DNA of 64,000 bases, taken from NCBI RefSeq assembly GCF_009914755.1, contig NC_060926.1; one strand, 5' to 3'. The stretch comes from the human T2T-CHM13v2.0 reference genome, Homo sapiens. The stretch's first letter is position 1; each line of letters starts with the position of its first letter. Both the position numbers and the translations under genes were made by a program. The notes under the pieces are model-generated. The model made no database searches, was not told the DNA's origin, and worked only from the letters and a program-made list of their open reading frames with translations. Positions 19,364-42,689 of this stretch are shown one piece after another.

Positions 19364-20029
19364 TTATAAGCAAAAGTAAGGAATGAGTAAAGATAAAAAC
19401 AGAAGTAAATAAAATTGAAATCAGAAAAATAATAGAGAAAATCAATGAAACCAAGGTCGAATTCTTCAAAATATCAATAAAACAGATAAACTTCTAGCAA
19501 GATTGACAAAAAAAAAAAGGAGAGAGAGAATGATGTGAAAAATTATTTATACCAGGAAAGAAAGAGGCAGTATCACCACTGACTCCCCGGACATCAACAT
19601 TGTAATAAGGGACTACTACAAACCACTCTATGCACATAAATATGACAACTTAAATGAAATGGATCAATTTTTTGACTGACACAAATTTCCAAAACTAGTT
19701 CAAGAATAAGTATATAACCTGAAAAGTCCTATATTTATTAAAGAAATATAATTTATAGTTAAAAACCTTCGTAAAGGGAAAACTTCAGGCCCAGATGGTT
19801 TCACTGGCAAATTCTACCACACATTTAATGGAGAAATTATGCCACTTTCTCAGTCTCTTCAAAAATAGAAAAGTAGGAACATTTCTAGCTCATTTGATGA
19901 GGGTAATATTACCCTCATAGTGAAATCATAGAAAAATAGTACAAGAAAACTGCAGACCAGTATCTGTCAGGAACATAGCTACAAAACAAATCTAGCAATA
20001 CATTTTTAAAATAATACATTAGATCAAGC

Positions 20030-20330
20030 ACAGAGGCTTATGCCTGTAATCCCAGCACTTTAGGAGGCCAAGGTGGGAGGATCATTTTACGTGAGGAGTT
20101 CGACACCAGCCTTGGTAACATAGGGAGACTCCATCTCTACAAAAAAATTAAAAATTAGCTGGGTGTGGTGGTACGCACCTGTAGTCCCAACTACTGAGGA
20201 GGCTGATGTGGGAGGAACACTCGAGTATAGGAGGTCAAAGCTTTAGTGAGCCATGATCCCACCACTGCACTCCAGTGTAGATGAGCAGCAAGACTCGGTC
20301 TCAAGAACAATAATAATAATGGTAATAATA
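20030..20330 (+). mobile_element. AluJ
   Basis: Diverged dimer inside L1, (AAT)n tail. Confidence 0.9.
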
Positions 20331-21639
20331 ATATATGACACAACAAAGTGGAATTTATCCTCAGGATGCAGGACTGGTTCAACATTTGAAGATTAATTAA
20401 TATACTGAACCGCATTAGTAGTCTTAACAAGAAAAACTACATTATCATATCAGTAAATGCAGAAAAAGCACTTGAAAAAACTAAACATCCATTTGTAATC
20501 AAAGCTCTCAGCAAACTAGGAATAGAAGGGAAATACTTAAACCTTTACAAAAATCCTACCACTAGCTTCATATTCAGAGGCGAAAACCTGAGTACTTTTC
20601 TCTAAGATAGGGAACTAGGCAGGGATATTCATTCTCACCACTGTTAGTTACTGTTGTACCACAAATCTTAGCAAGTATAGTAAGAATAGAAAAAATATAT
20701 AAAAAAGCATTCACATTGGGAAGGAAAAAATAAAACTATCCAAAGATAACATGATTCTCTGTGTAGGAAGTCTTAAGGACTCTGTTATACCAGTAAATTA
20801 CTACAAATAAGCAAGGTTAGCAAGGCTACAGGACATAAAATCAATACACAAAATTTAATCATATTTCTGTTCACTAGCAATGAGTAATGAATGGGAAACA
20901 GATTTTCTAAAAATACTTTTACAATAGCTCTAAAAATAATAAAATGCTTAGGTATCAATCTAACAAAATATATACAGCATCTGCTGTATATATGCCAAAA
21001 ACTAAAAAACACTTGAAACAGATTAAAGAAGACCTAAATAAATACAGATAGACACTGTATTCATGAATTGGAAGACTCAATAGTCTTAAGTAATTTTAAG
21101 GTGTATATATTTGGTTAAGCCAAAATGAGAACATTGTTCCTTTCTTAACTTAAAATATATTGTAAACATCTTCCCATGCCGGGCTGCAAAGTATTCCATT
21201 GTTTTATATATTAGTACATTTAAATTTATTTCCCATTGTTAGACTCATTTACTAGTTTTTTTCTTTATTATAAATAGTATTGAACATCCCTATAGTTATA
21301 TTTTTGTGGCTATCCAAGAAGATTTCTCTAGGATAAGTGGAATTACTAGTGTGTAGTCCTTATGATAAATACTGTTATATTTCCCTGAGAGAAGTTCTAC
21401 CAGTTTGTATTCTCATCAACACTTTCCCCTTAACTTTACCTTTAGGTTTTCTAGAAATACCTAATTTAAGAATATCCTCATATTATTGAACCTCAAAACT
21501 GTGGAATTTATGTTTAATTACCATGGAGCTGTCATGACTTCCTTAGTTTTCTCAGCAATGATCTGTTTTAAATATTTGGTAACATTGTATTCCAAAACAA
21601 TTGATTTCCTACTAAGTCTAATAATAGTTAACAATAACA

Positions 21640-21900
21640 ATTATAATAACGACAACCACAAGTTATTGAGAACTTGCTATTTTTCTAGCACTATATTAAG
21701 TACTTTAAATGTTCATCTTTATTATGACAGTTATTGTTAACCTCATTTTACACATGAGAGGACACTGAGCCTCAGAGAATTAGCTAAGAGAAACAACTAA
21801 GCTAAAGATAAAGTTAGATAAGAAAATTAGCTCAGAAAAGCTAAGATTTGTATCCAGGTCTAACTCCAAGGCATGTATTTTTAACCACACATTGCTGTAG
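21640..21900 (-). mobile_element. MIR SINE
   Basis: ctcattttacacatgagaggacactgagcctcagaga...ccaggtctaactccaa. Confidence 0.65.
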
Positions 21901-22468
21901 TGTCTCTCTAAAACTGTTTAAAATTTTAACTGTTCTTTTTAATGTAATTCAGTGCTGGTTTGTTTGAAACAAATTAATGCTGTCATTTTAGTTTCTAATA
22001 GATGAATATTGATGTGAGTTAGATAAGCCAGTCTTCGGTTTGTTTCTTTGAAACCTATAAGCATTAATTTCACAGATTAAAATTATGTCTTTGTAGTATA
22101 CAATTTCTACTTTCTTTCCTCTTGAGTCTCATTTTAGATGCCTTATAAATCAAAAGATCCCAGAGGAAAATTATTTTACTTGACAGTAAGTAGGAGGTTA
22201 ATTATCTTGAGTTTAAAAGTTCTGTGTTGAGGCACTTTCCATTTTTGAAGTTCTTCACGTGTTTATTGTTGGTTGGTTTTTTTTTTAAGTTTTAAAAAAT
22301 ATAAATAGATTATAGGTAAAATTATATCACACTTCATCAAAGAAAATGATTCTAATGGAATAAGAAAAGCCTATTGGTTACTTAGCTTCTTTCTCATAAT
22401 GCAAGATTTTATTGGTCAAAAATTTTAAATTATGGAATTAAAATGTAAATATACCTGTAAATATATGA

Positions 22469-22660
<192 letters not shown>

Positions 22661-23064
22661 TAAGAGGATATAATTTTATTAAGTACTCCTTTTTCTTTAG
22701 TACTCTGGTCTAGAAATTTTTGAGCAAATGCCCCCTTTCACTCCAATTTCTTAAATGTTCAATTCATAAAAGGGTGCTTTTAATCTTATTTATTGTCTTT
22801 CCATGAATTATAGGTCTGGGATGATTCGAGGTTGTATTGTTTTTTATCATACAGTTATTTGCCTTCCTTTGACCCTTTGATATGAAGTTTATTGGACTTT
22901 AGACTCTTAGAGAGTGTTAAACCAATTTACTTCTGTCTTTCTGATACCACCTCTTTGAGCTAGGGCTAATGCTGTTGTATGTTTGAATATTTTACAATTC
23001 ACTTAACTGATCCTCAGTTACTTCTGTTTTGCTTAATTATATTATCTTTTTTTTATACAGCCCT

Positions 23065-24240
23065 TTTTAAAATGTGGTAAAATGTACATAAAATTTATCC
23101 TTTTAACCATTTTAAAATGTACAGTTCACTGGCACTGAGTATATTCATAATGTTGTACAATCATCACCACTGTCCAACTTCATAACATTTTTATCACCTA
23201 AAAAGGAAATGCTGTACCTATTAAAAAGTCACTCCTTATTATCCTCTGTCCCACTCCCTAGCAACCACCAATCAGCTTTCTGACTGTATTTATTGCCTGT
23301 TCTGGTTATTTCATATAAATGGAATCATACAATATGTGGCTATTTGTGTCTGCCATCTTTCACTTAGCATAATGTTTTCATTATGTAGTAGCATGTATCA
23401 GTACTTTATTCCTTTTTATGGCTGAATAGTATTCCCTTATAAAGATATATCCCTTTTCTTTATCTAGTCAGCAGTTGATAGGCATTTGGATTGTTTTCCA
23501 TTTTTTGGCTAATTTGAATAGTGCTGCTGGGAACATTTGTGTACAAGTGTTTGAACACTTGTTTTTAATTCTCTTGAGTATAGACTATGAATGGAATTAC
23601 TGGGTCGTGTGATAATTCTGTGTTTAATTTACTAAGGAACTGCCAGACTGATTTCCACAGCAGCTGCATCATTTTATATTTTCACTAGCAATGTGTGAGA
23701 GTTCCAATTTCTCCGCATTCTTACTAACACTTGTTATTTCCTGATTTTTTATTATGACCCTCCTAGTGAGAGTAAAGTGGTATTTTATGATTTCATGTTC
23801 CATTTCCTAATGATTAATGATGTTTAGCATCTTTTCACATGCTTGTTGGTCATTTTTACATCTTCTTTGAAGAAATGTCTGCGCAAGTCCTTTGCCCATT
23901 TTTAGATTGTTTGATTTCTTTTGTTGAATTGTAAGAATGTATATATAAATATATATATATATCGAATAATAGACCCTGATCATATATATGATTTTCAGGT
24001 ATGTAGATTGTCTTTTCACTTTATTAATAGCAGCCCTTTTGATACAGGAAAGTTTTTAATTTTAACAAAGTCCAGTTTAATCTATTTTGTTGTTGTTTTT
24101 ATTTTTCTGTTTTTTTGGGTTTTTTTGGTGTCATATCTAAGAAACCATTGCCAAGTCCAAGGTCATGAAGTTTTATCCTTATCTTTTCTCCTAAGAGTTT
24201 TATAGTTTTAGCTCTTATATTTAGATCTTTGATTCACTTG
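23065..24240 (-). mobile_element. L1MB-type 3' end
   Basis: aaatggaatcatacaatatgtgg...tttcacttagcataatgtt, aggaactgccagactg-ttccacagcagctgca. Confidence 0.88.
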
Positions 24241-24560
24241 CAATTATATTGCCTTTATTTGTAGTAAAATTATTTTTTACTTTGAAAACTATTGGAAATA
24301 TCAACCATCTGTATAGCTAATTAAGAACTCCCATTTAACAGTGAGAGAGTAAAGGTATCAAGCTGTCAAGTCTGAAAGTCCATGTTCAAATCTTATTTCT
24401 GCTACCTGTAAACCTCATGTCATCTTGGGCAAATAATGTAGTCTGTTTTAGATTCCTCATGTATAAAGTGCAGCTACGCATACTCACTTTGGTTCTATCA
24501 GAGTTATTTGGATTAAATGAGATAAAAAATGTGAGCAGTTTTATAAAATGGTGCTAAATA

Positions 24561-24870
<310 letters not shown>

Positions 24871-24931
24871 CTAAACAAATGTAAAATACTTGATACTTTT
24901 TTACATTATTTAAATCAAACAATCTTTGTAA

Positions 24932-25111
<180 letters not shown>

Positions 25112-25457
25112 TGACTGTTTAATTGTTTGTTGAAGATAATGAGAGTGTTCGTGGGGTTGACGATTGTTATTTTATTGTTTTAAATGTGTTTACTTATGAA
25201 GGAAGGGTGGCATTTTATAATTGATATTTAAGTGACTATATGTTTTCAGTCCTGTTACATTTGGCCTAAATCCAAGGTGATTTAATACTTCCATTGATTG
25301 TAATTTCTAAAAGAAAAAAAAATTTTAATTATAAAAGTATACTGTACTTCATATCAACTGTTATGTCTCTTGCAATGAAACAATGTTCTTTTCTCTTAGT
25401 TTTTTTGTTCATCAAGACTGAGGCTAATACTAATGTTAGATAGAATTCTTAGCAATC

Positions 25458-25769
<312 letters not shown>

Positions 25770-25879
25770 TAATTCTTAGCAATCCTTTATGCCTTTTATT
25801 ATAACCTATTTTTATAGTGCTCTAGACCCTTAGTATCTTAGATTGGCCAATGCCTTTTTCTAGAAAAAAAAAAAAAACT

Positions 25880-26127
<248 letters not shown>

Positions 26128-26265
26128 CTATTTCAAAACAGATCTTAACGGGTTTCTGCAACTCTTTAGGAAGCCTTTCCTTTATAACTGTCTCACTTGT
26201 CTTCTCTCCCTTTTTTAAGATAGGTCTGTGAAATACCCCAAAATGTTGTTTATCAAGAATCACTG

Positions 26266-26569
<304 letters not shown>

Positions 26570-26647
26570 ATCATTGGTAGCCATAGGCATATTATGTTGT
26601 AGTTTTAGATGACAGGAGTACCAACTTTTAGATGTTATTTTTAAACT

Positions 26648-26955
26648 ATTTTTATTTTTTTGAGACTGGGACTCTCTCTGTTGACCAAGCTAGATTGCAG
26701 AGGCTTGAACATGGCTCACTGTAGCCTTGACCTCCTGGGCTCAATCGATCCTTCTGCCTCAGCCTCCTGATTAGCTGGGACTACCAATGCATACCACCAT
26801 GCCATGCCCAGCATTTTTTTTTTTTTTTTTTTTGGTAGAGACAAGGTCTCACCATATTGCCAGGCTGGTCTTGAACTCCTAGGCTCAAGTGGCAGTCCTT
26901 CCACCTCAGCCTCCCAAAGTGCTGAGATTACAGACTTGAGCCGGCATGGCTGGCC
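26648..26955 (-). mobile_element. AluJ
   Basis: Antisense dimer, J diagnostics. Confidence 0.92.
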
Positions 26956-27474
26956 AGATCTTATTTTTTTTAATTGCCCTAACATATGGCCAAAACATTT
27001 GATGCCATAAAATGAATCAAGAGAGCTATGATGCCTGCCATTTAGAGTCTTACATTTTGAAATAAATCAGATACAGTAAGTGGTTTTCCTTAATTCAAAA
27101 TAATGGCCCTGTCCATGATATAAACACTAACTTTGAGTGTTATCTTACATAGCAATAGCCAGTTGTGTATAGCTTTTTCTCTGAAAGAATCTTGTATCCT
27201 CTTCTGTAAGTATCTTTCTCTACTCTTTGAAATGTAACTATCATTAACACCCAACAAACATCTTTTGGTAAATGACTTTAATAGTTACTTAAGGCATAGT
27301 GTTCCATATTATTTTCTTGACTTTTGCCAAGAAATTTCCTTCCATAAAGTTCCCTCTGTTTTTTCCTCTCCTTCTCACCCCTCGACACATGCACACAGAT
27401 GTAATTTTATGTCCCTTCTTAGTCTCAGTTGTTCTTTTTGTTTTTTTTTCTCACTTTAAAAATTTACTCCAAGT

Positions 27475-27810
<336 letters not shown>

Positions 27811-28266
27811 TTATATATTTCAAGGTGAAATTGGAAATCATAAAAAAAGGCATCAGTCTTTAATATCTTTAAAGTTCTTTGAAGTATACTTCAGAATTAA
27901 CTGCAAAATGTTTTGCCTACTCCTTAGTTTTGTCTACTCCTTAGTTTTGTCTATATTTCCGTTAACTGCCAGAATTCATGGTTTTCTTTTTTTAAAATAT
28001 TATCTTGTTTTGTTTTACTTACTCCAATACTGCTTTTTATAAGCAACCCATTGCAGATGTATAGAATAGTGTTTTCATTATGGGCTAACCTGCAAAGCTA
28101 ACCATGATTTAAAATATTACTTTGGATGGAAAATCCATTATTAATTTCAAACAGCTGACTTATGAAGCACCTTTTGGAACACACCCACTTGTAAATTAGG
28201 GAATTTGAAGAGTGAAAAAGTAAATATATTCTTAAATGTATCAGTAAAAATATTTGGTTTGTAGTA

Positions 28267-28850
<584 letters not shown>

Positions 28851-28920
28851 TTATTTTTGGTCCTCACCTTGCTTCCATTGTTTCTGAAGCATTTAGTGGT
28901 TATCCTTCTCTGTAAGTGTA

Positions 28921-29280
<360 letters not shown>

Positions 29281-29299
29281 TAGCTCTGCTGCTTAACCT

Positions 29300-29950
29300 C
29301 CTACTTTTTATACCAACTTTTAGTCTTTTTTTCTAAAACTTTTTTCCTGCACACCTTTAAATGATGATGTTCCCAGATCCATTCCTAGAATCTTGCCTTT
29401 TACCTGTGTTCTTCCTGAGTGATCTCATGGCTAACCCACCATATATGTAATGCTCCTTTCCCATCTGTATTTCTAGTTCCAACCTTCCTTTTGAACTCTA
29501 GAACAATGTTTCCAGCTGCCTGTTGGGATATCTCTTACACAGTCTCCGTATGACATTTCTGAAACTGAATTTATTATCTTTTCTCATATGTGTATTCCTT
29601 ACCCTAGTTTCTACTTCTCTTGTATCTGGTATTGTAGTTATCAATATCTCCATATATTAGTTGCTGAAATTAAAATCCACATTATCCATGAGTCTCTCCT
29701 CATATCTCTGAAATTCCTACATATAATAGCTCTTTAGGTACTGTGTCTGGTTGATTCTATCTCTTACATAACTTTTGAATGTTTTTCCTTATTTTCATTC
29801 CCTTTGCTATTGCCATGGCTTAGCTTGGTGCTTTCTCCAAACTTACAGTAGCTTGCCAGCTGGCCTCCTTGCTGCAGTCCATCCTTCATTCTCCATCCTT
29901 CACCAATCTTTCATCAGATTTTCAATTCATACTGTTAACAGAATAGTACC
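29300..29950 (+). mobile_element. L2 LINE fragment
   Basis: Pyrimidine-rich; atctgtatttctagttccaacc...gaactctaga...tccagctgcctgttggga-atctc. Confidence 0.65.
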
Positions 29951-31073
29951 ATACATCTATATAAAGTCAATTTCCTATTTGTATCAGACTACCTAGGCTT
30001 CCTTCTTTTCACTTTTTATTGCATTGTCATGTACTTCGTTAATTAAATGTTTTAACAATAAATTAGACCTCATGAAAAAACATGTTCAGTAGAAATAGTT
30101 ACTAACTTGTTCTAGGGAAAATGTGAATCACTACTTCCCAATGTAGAGGGTATGATCAAACAGATTTACACAGAAAAATGCAGCTGTACGTTACGTTGAT
30201 TCATCTTATGTCTGAGCAACGGTATCGTTTGAGAAGTTAAGGGAGGATTTGTCGTCTTTATAGTGTTTTGTTATTTATAGTTATTTGCAGTATTGTGTTA
30301 TTTTATATATTGTGTATGAATTATTTTTGCCATAAATGAAATGTCTTTATTCATCAAGTTAAGTATGTTAATTTTTTTTCCAATCCTATAAATTATGCAT
30401 ATATTTGTATTGCTGTTCTTATTTCAATCAGATAGTTGGAAGATAAATATATAATAGTAGCTATCATTTATTTTATATTTAATGTGTACCAGATGTTTCA
30501 CATATATTACCTTTCATATACATAACAACCTTGTGATGAAGTCTCCATTTTACAATTTAGAAAACATAAATTCAGAAGGGTCATTGGCTTAATAACTGGC
30601 AAAACTAAATTTGAGTCTAGGTTCACCACTTCATAGACCATGTTCTTTTCATTATACCAGACCTGCCTTTTTACAGGATGTTTAGTTTATAAAATACATT
30701 ACATGTATTGCATATAATTGCCTCGGAATTATGTATTAAGTTCCATGTGGTCCAGAAAGTAAACACTTTCGCTCTTGGTCTGTGTATTATTTCCCAATTA
30801 AAGACAATTTATCATATATTCTTAGTATTGCTTTTGTACAAATGCACAGTAAAAATGGTTCTATTACATTAATACAATTAGAATATTTCTTCCTTTGACT
30901 TAATTATTGGCAACCTTTAGAATTAAATATAAATAAAGAGAGTACTTGGCCTATTTCTGAAACAAATAATACTGTTATTAAAAATAGATACTATTATTTT
31001 TTAAACATTTATTCTTTTTACCTTATGAATAGTAGTGGTCAAAATCGCCATCAAACGTGAAGGATTACTCTAA

Positions 31074-31346
<273 letters not shown>

Positions 31347-31639
31347 TAAATATTTAAAATTATTTTGTTCTGAGAAAGGGGATTGCAAAATCGTGGAAAA
31401 GATTTGCTTGAAATTCTAACACCATGTATTTCCAGGGTCCAACAGTTAATGCTGTATCAGCTGTTAGGATTTTATCAGTATTAACTGAGATTATTGAGGA
31501 AGGCTTCTTAGAACTGGGATAACATGGAACTGGACCTTGAAATTAGAAAATATTTAGAACTGTACGATAATGAAAGCAGTACATCGAATTTGTGAGATTC
31601 AGCTATACCTGTGTTCAGATGGAAATGTACAGCACAAAA

Positions 31640-32020
31640 TATAAACTGTTAAGCAAAAGAAATAGCATTATAAAGACAAAGCAGAAATTCATGAAAGAGA
31701 AAAACAAAAAGAAAGATTAAAAACATTGAAGCCTGGTTATTAAAAACAAGCAAACAAAAAGCAAAAAACATAAACCTCTAGCCAGACTGATTAAAAGAAA
31801 GACAACATAATTTGCCTATATTAGGATTGAAAGAGGAGATATTGCCACAAATAATAAAATGACTGAAAAGAATAGTAATAACTTTATGCCTGTAAGTTTG
31901 ACAGCTTAATGAAACAAATTCTTTGAAAGATACAAATTACCCAACCTCTGCAAGAAGAAACAGATAACCTGAAAAGCCTTAGATACATTTTAAAATTTTT
32001 AATTTGTACTTCAAAAGCTC
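31640..32020 (+). mobile_element. L1M ORF2 fragment
   Basis: ataaacctctagccagactgat, gaaagaggagatatt, caagaagaaacagataacctgaa. Confidence 0.75.
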
Positions 32021-32329
32021 TCTTTAAGCAAATGTAAAATGTATTAATTTCCTCATCTCCTCTTTGTGTCACTACTGTCATACGTATTACATTTCTTTGT
32101 ATAAGTTCAGTAATACAGTTTCATAGTTGCTGTTTTATGCAGTTGTCTTTAAATGAATTATAGGAGGAAAACAAATATATGTTATTTATGCTTTGTTTGC
32201 TACATAATTATCAAGTATCATACTTGTGCACTTTATTTCTTTGTGTGTACATTCATTTATCATCTGATATCATTTCCTTTCAGCCTAAAAGACTTTCTCC
32301 AGTTTTTTTGTGTGTGTTTTTCTGTAGGG

Positions 32330-32642
32330 TTTTTTTTTTTTTTTTTTTTTTGAGACAGGATCTCGCTGTGTCACCTCAACTGGAGTGCAGTGGTGTGATC
32401 ACAGCTCACTGGAGCCTCCACCTCCTGGTCTCAAGTGATCCTCCTGCCGCAGCCTCCTGAGTAGCTGGGACTATAGGCACACCACCATGTCTAGCTCATT
32501 TTTAAATTTTTTTACGGAGACAGGGTCTCACTGTATTGCCCAGGCTGGTCTCGAACCTCTGGGCCCACATGATCCTCCCGTCTTGGTTTCCCAAAGTGCT
32601 TGGATTACAGGCCACCAGAGAGTGAGCCGCTGCACCCAGCCC
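32330..32642 (-). mobile_element. AluJ within antisense old L1M sequence
   Basis: Antisense dimer. Confidence 0.92.
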
Positions 32643-32719
32643 TCTAGTATTTCTAATAAGGAAGGTCTGATTGCCACAAACTCTCTGTTTCTTATCCAGG
32701 GAGGTCTTTATTTTTGTTA

Positions 32720-33915
<1,196 letters not shown>

Positions 33916-34424
33916 TAATTTCTGTCTCTTTATTGATAGTCTCTATTTGATGAGCTTCATTGCTGTAATTCCCTTTAATTCTTTAAACATAGTTTCCTTT
34001 TGTTCTTTTGATGTTTTTATGATAGCTACTTTGAAGCCATTGTTAAATTGAACATCAGAGGTCCCCCAGAGACAGTTTCTTTTTACTGCTTTTGTGTTTA
34101 TGGCTCATACTTTGCTTTTTGTTTTCTCATAATTTTTGTAAAAAAAACTATACATTTTTGGTAACAAACTGTAGCCAATCTGGCTTCTGATCTCCCTCTG
34201 TTATGGTTGTTACTGTTGTGATTTTGTTTGTTTGTTTACTTTCCCGAACTAATTCTGTAGAGCCTGTTTTAACCGGCTGTGTGTTGCCAATGACGTCTCT
34301 ATTCATTGGGGTTTTTTTGTTTTGTTTTTTGTTGTAAAACCTGGCCTAGTAGGGATTGTCTGTGGGTCAGCATAGCTTGGTGGTCAGTCATTGGTTAGAG
34401 GTTGTGTTTAACCCCCCCGATCCA

Positions 34425-35350
<926 letters not shown>

Positions 35351-35506
35351 CAAGACCCGCCCATCTCTAAAATAAACAAACCCCTTGATCCAGTAAGACT
35401 GCCATCCTTTGCCAGTGGATCTGTACATGGCTTAGGGATTACCTTTGAAGTTCATGATTTGTATATCTGCCCTAATGTGAGTTTTGGGGGTTTTGTTTTG
35501 TTTTGA

Positions 35507-35827
<321 letters not shown>

Positions 35828-35961
35828 TAACTTTCTATGTTGATAAAGCCACATATTCAGCCAAGAATGAGTAGCTATGTCCCAAATATATTATTTGTTT
35901 ACATTATAAACTACATATGGCAAATATTTCTTTGAAGCTCATTTTAATATTACAAATTGAG

Positions 35962-36198
35962 GGCCAGGCATGGTGGCCCTCAATTTGTCAGCACTTTGGG
36001 AGGCCGAGGTGGACAGATCACTTGAGCTCAGGATCTCCAGACCAGCCTGGACAACATGGCAAAATTCCATCTCTACCAAAAATACAAAAAATTAACTTGG
36101 CATGGTGATGTGAGCCTTTGGTCTCAGCTACTTGGGAGGCTGAAGTGGGAGGAATGTTTGAGCCTGGAAGGTGGAGGTTACAATGAAGCAAGATTGCA
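35962..36198 (+). mobile_element. AluJ 5' part (continues at 37698-37752)
   Basis: Stops at ...gcaagattgca and resumes at aagattgcaccactgcactctagcctggg. Confidence 0.88.
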
Positions 36199-37697
<1,499 letters not shown>

Positions 37698-38343
37698 AAG
37701 ATTGCACCACTGCACTCTAGCCTGGGTGTCAGAGTGAGACCCCATCTAAAAATATATATATATTACAAATTGACTAGATTCAGTAGTATCCTTTGGTGGC
37801 ATAATCAGGACTTTTACTTGTATTAGTTCAGTAATTTTTTTTAGATTTCCTTTATTATTTTCAGGGTACTGGGTAGGGGCAGTTATATAGGGAACTATCT
37901 TGGTAGATACTCAGTTGGCTTTGTAACTGGGATTTTTTTTTTCTTTCTTTGATGACTAGTGAATTTAATGGATGTCAGACTCATTTGTTTTACACTGAAG
38001 AACCAAAATACTTTTTGTCATTTAATATAAATAACCCTCAGACTATTTACTTTTTTAGGGTTACTCATTGCTCTATTTATCACTGTAAATATTAGTATTT
38101 CAGTGTTTGGGAAAACATTCTTTCCAGTAATTATTTTTTAAAAAAAGAAAAGCTTAGTTTTAAATAAATGATTGCAACATTGCAAGCTTAAAATGGTGAT
38201 ACAGAACTTCTCATGGAAACCCACTAAAAATAAAATTAGACTTAGTCATTGGTACCCTGGACATGAGGCAGATATGAAATGTCTAGGACCAGAGAGTTAG
38301 CTGGCTTAAAAGATTTACTTGAATAACATTCTGTGAGTGGTAG

Positions 38344-38685
<342 letters not shown>

Positions 38686-39250
38686 TAAAGTCACCTAGGC
38701 CACCAAAAGACTGTCTCTCCAGTTACTTCCTCCAGCAAATATAAATAATATTCCTCCTAATATATGGTGACTTCACTTTAAGTAAGGTATGGCAATAGTA
38801 GCTCTTTGCATTATCTCTAGTTCCCTTGTTAGGGGAATGCTATGATGGTAATGCTCTCTAGTTTTAGTTACTCTTGAAAGTCTCATTTTATAGTTTAAGA
38901 TTCATATTTAGTACTTCTAATTATTATTTACAAACACCACTACAATGCAGTCTTAGTCACAGATTCCTGTATTTTGTGGGTCAATTCATGTCTCCCAGAA
39001 TATAACTAAAATGACATGACCAATATTGCCTTATTTTTCAGCTGTCCTCTGCTAATTGTTTTACAGGTTCACTGTGTTTTATTATAATGGGTCATATAAA
39101 ATCAGGATGTAAAGCTTATTTTTAATGAAACTGAATCATTGAGTAATAAAAATATTTGGATACTGTTTAAGTAATTTAATATGCAGAATACTTCTTGAGG
39201 GTAATTCAGATATTCTTTCCTGGACATTAATTTGACAGATAAGTGATTTA

Positions 39251-39562
<312 letters not shown>

Positions 39563-39604
39563 TTATATTTAAATGTGGCATTCTTTTCTATTTAAGAAAA
39601 ATAA

Positions 39605-39814
<210 letters not shown>

Positions 39815-40024
39815 TAATTTTTGCTGTTCAATAATTAAGTATCTAATTTATCAATCATGAATGAGAAGAAGAAAGCAGTAAGATATAACTATCATGTGAA
39901 GGGAGAAATGGAAAGTCAGTAAGGGGTCAAATTTGTTATTCACCAAGGTGTGGAAGGGAATGCTTTTTAAAAATTATCAATGCATTTTTAAGGGTTTGGC
40001 TAGTGGGAATTGCTGTAAACTTAA

Positions 40025-40352
<328 letters not shown>

Positions 40353-40677
40353 AATATAGTCTTCATTTTATCATACCTTTGTATGTGTACTTATTCCTAT
40401 AGGCTTCTCATGTCATCCTTTATGTGATAATAAAAGGATGAATAAATCTAAGATGCCAGCATACAGAGAAAAGGAAAACTGTTTCTGAGATGTATTCAGA
40501 ATTATATTGTATTCTAATGGGAAGGCAGTAGAATAGTTATAGAACTTTAAAATAGTTTAAAAGAACCAGTTTAAATATCCAACACATTTAACAAATGGTT
40601 TATATAGTACAGAAATTGAATTCCTTTTTCCTAAAACCTTTTGTCAAGAACTAAGAGGTATTTTCTACTTAGCATGA

Positions 40678-40923
<246 letters not shown>

Positions 40924-41311
40924 TAATGGAACTTTGGGCTGTATTCTTTTATCAAGACAAAATGTTAGAGGAAAAAATACATACTTTGGGGGCTAATCAG
41001 TGTATGAATTTTTGTTGAGATTTATATACGTTTGAGTTTTGGGGGAGCTCAGTTTTTATATATATGGCTAGATAAAGTAGAATTTTTAGTGCCTCATTAC
41101 ATTCACTTGTGATGTAATATACAATATGTAAGCTATGACAAGATTTATAAAATTAGATTGGTTTCAAATTAAAAAATAATGAGGAATCTATTTCTTCTAG
41201 GAATATAGTAAATTCTTAAGTAATGTAAGTTGTTAAGTGCATATGCTCTAAAGCCACATTACCAGGGTCCGTGTACTGTCTCCACCAGTAGCTGTGTAAG
41301 CTTGGGCTCAT

Positions 41312-41505
41312 TACTGAGAATGCTTGGGCCCGGCCTTCCTCCCCTCTCTCATTCACTTGAGGTCAGACAGGTATTATTACAGTTTGACAGCTCTCCCCAC
41401 CTTGCATAGCTCTCCCATTTTCTCTCGTAGGCGTCTCCCCTAGTAAAATATTCGCATTTTAATTGTGTCTTGGCATCTGCTTTTCAGAAGACTCACATTA
41501 GCACA
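41312..41505 (+). mobile_element. ERVL-class LTR 3' fragment next to a MIR (~41225-41311)
   Basis: 3' terminus tcttggcatctgcttttcagaagactcacattagcaca resembles LTR16/LTR41/MER74-type ends; family uncertain. Confidence 0.5.
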
Positions 41506-41769
41506 CACAATAACTAATTTTCCATTCTTCTGTGGAACCCAGGTTGACTTATTGATGGATTTGATTAAGATGTTTAAAGACCATTCTTCTAGTTTTACAA
41601 AAGTCTTTTTACTGTTACAAGAAAGTTTTCCTTCATAGGAAAATACAAAGCATGTGTTTTATGGAAAGCTGTGTCATGTAATTAAACTAAGTCTGCCCCT
41701 GCTAAGTACTGGGTGTTTGTATAACTTTATTGTCTTTAAAGTACATTTCTATAAAGTAGCTAATCTTTA

Positions 41770-42422
<653 letters not shown>

Positions 42423-42689
42423 TTATTCCTTTTTTAATAGTTAAAGAAACTATAAGTGAATTTTATAACTTTGCATTTGTATAGCCCTGAATAATTCACA
42501 GTACTATAAGGATAGGTATTATGTTTAATTTAATTTATTTGCCAAGATGATTAGTAAATTGCAGAACTAAATTTGAAGTATACTTGAGCAAGTTTTCTAA
42601 TTCCAAGTCTAATAATATTTCCGTTATACATGATAATTTTTGTAAACATACATAGCTTGATTTCAGCAAGTACAATAGGGTAATTAAAA

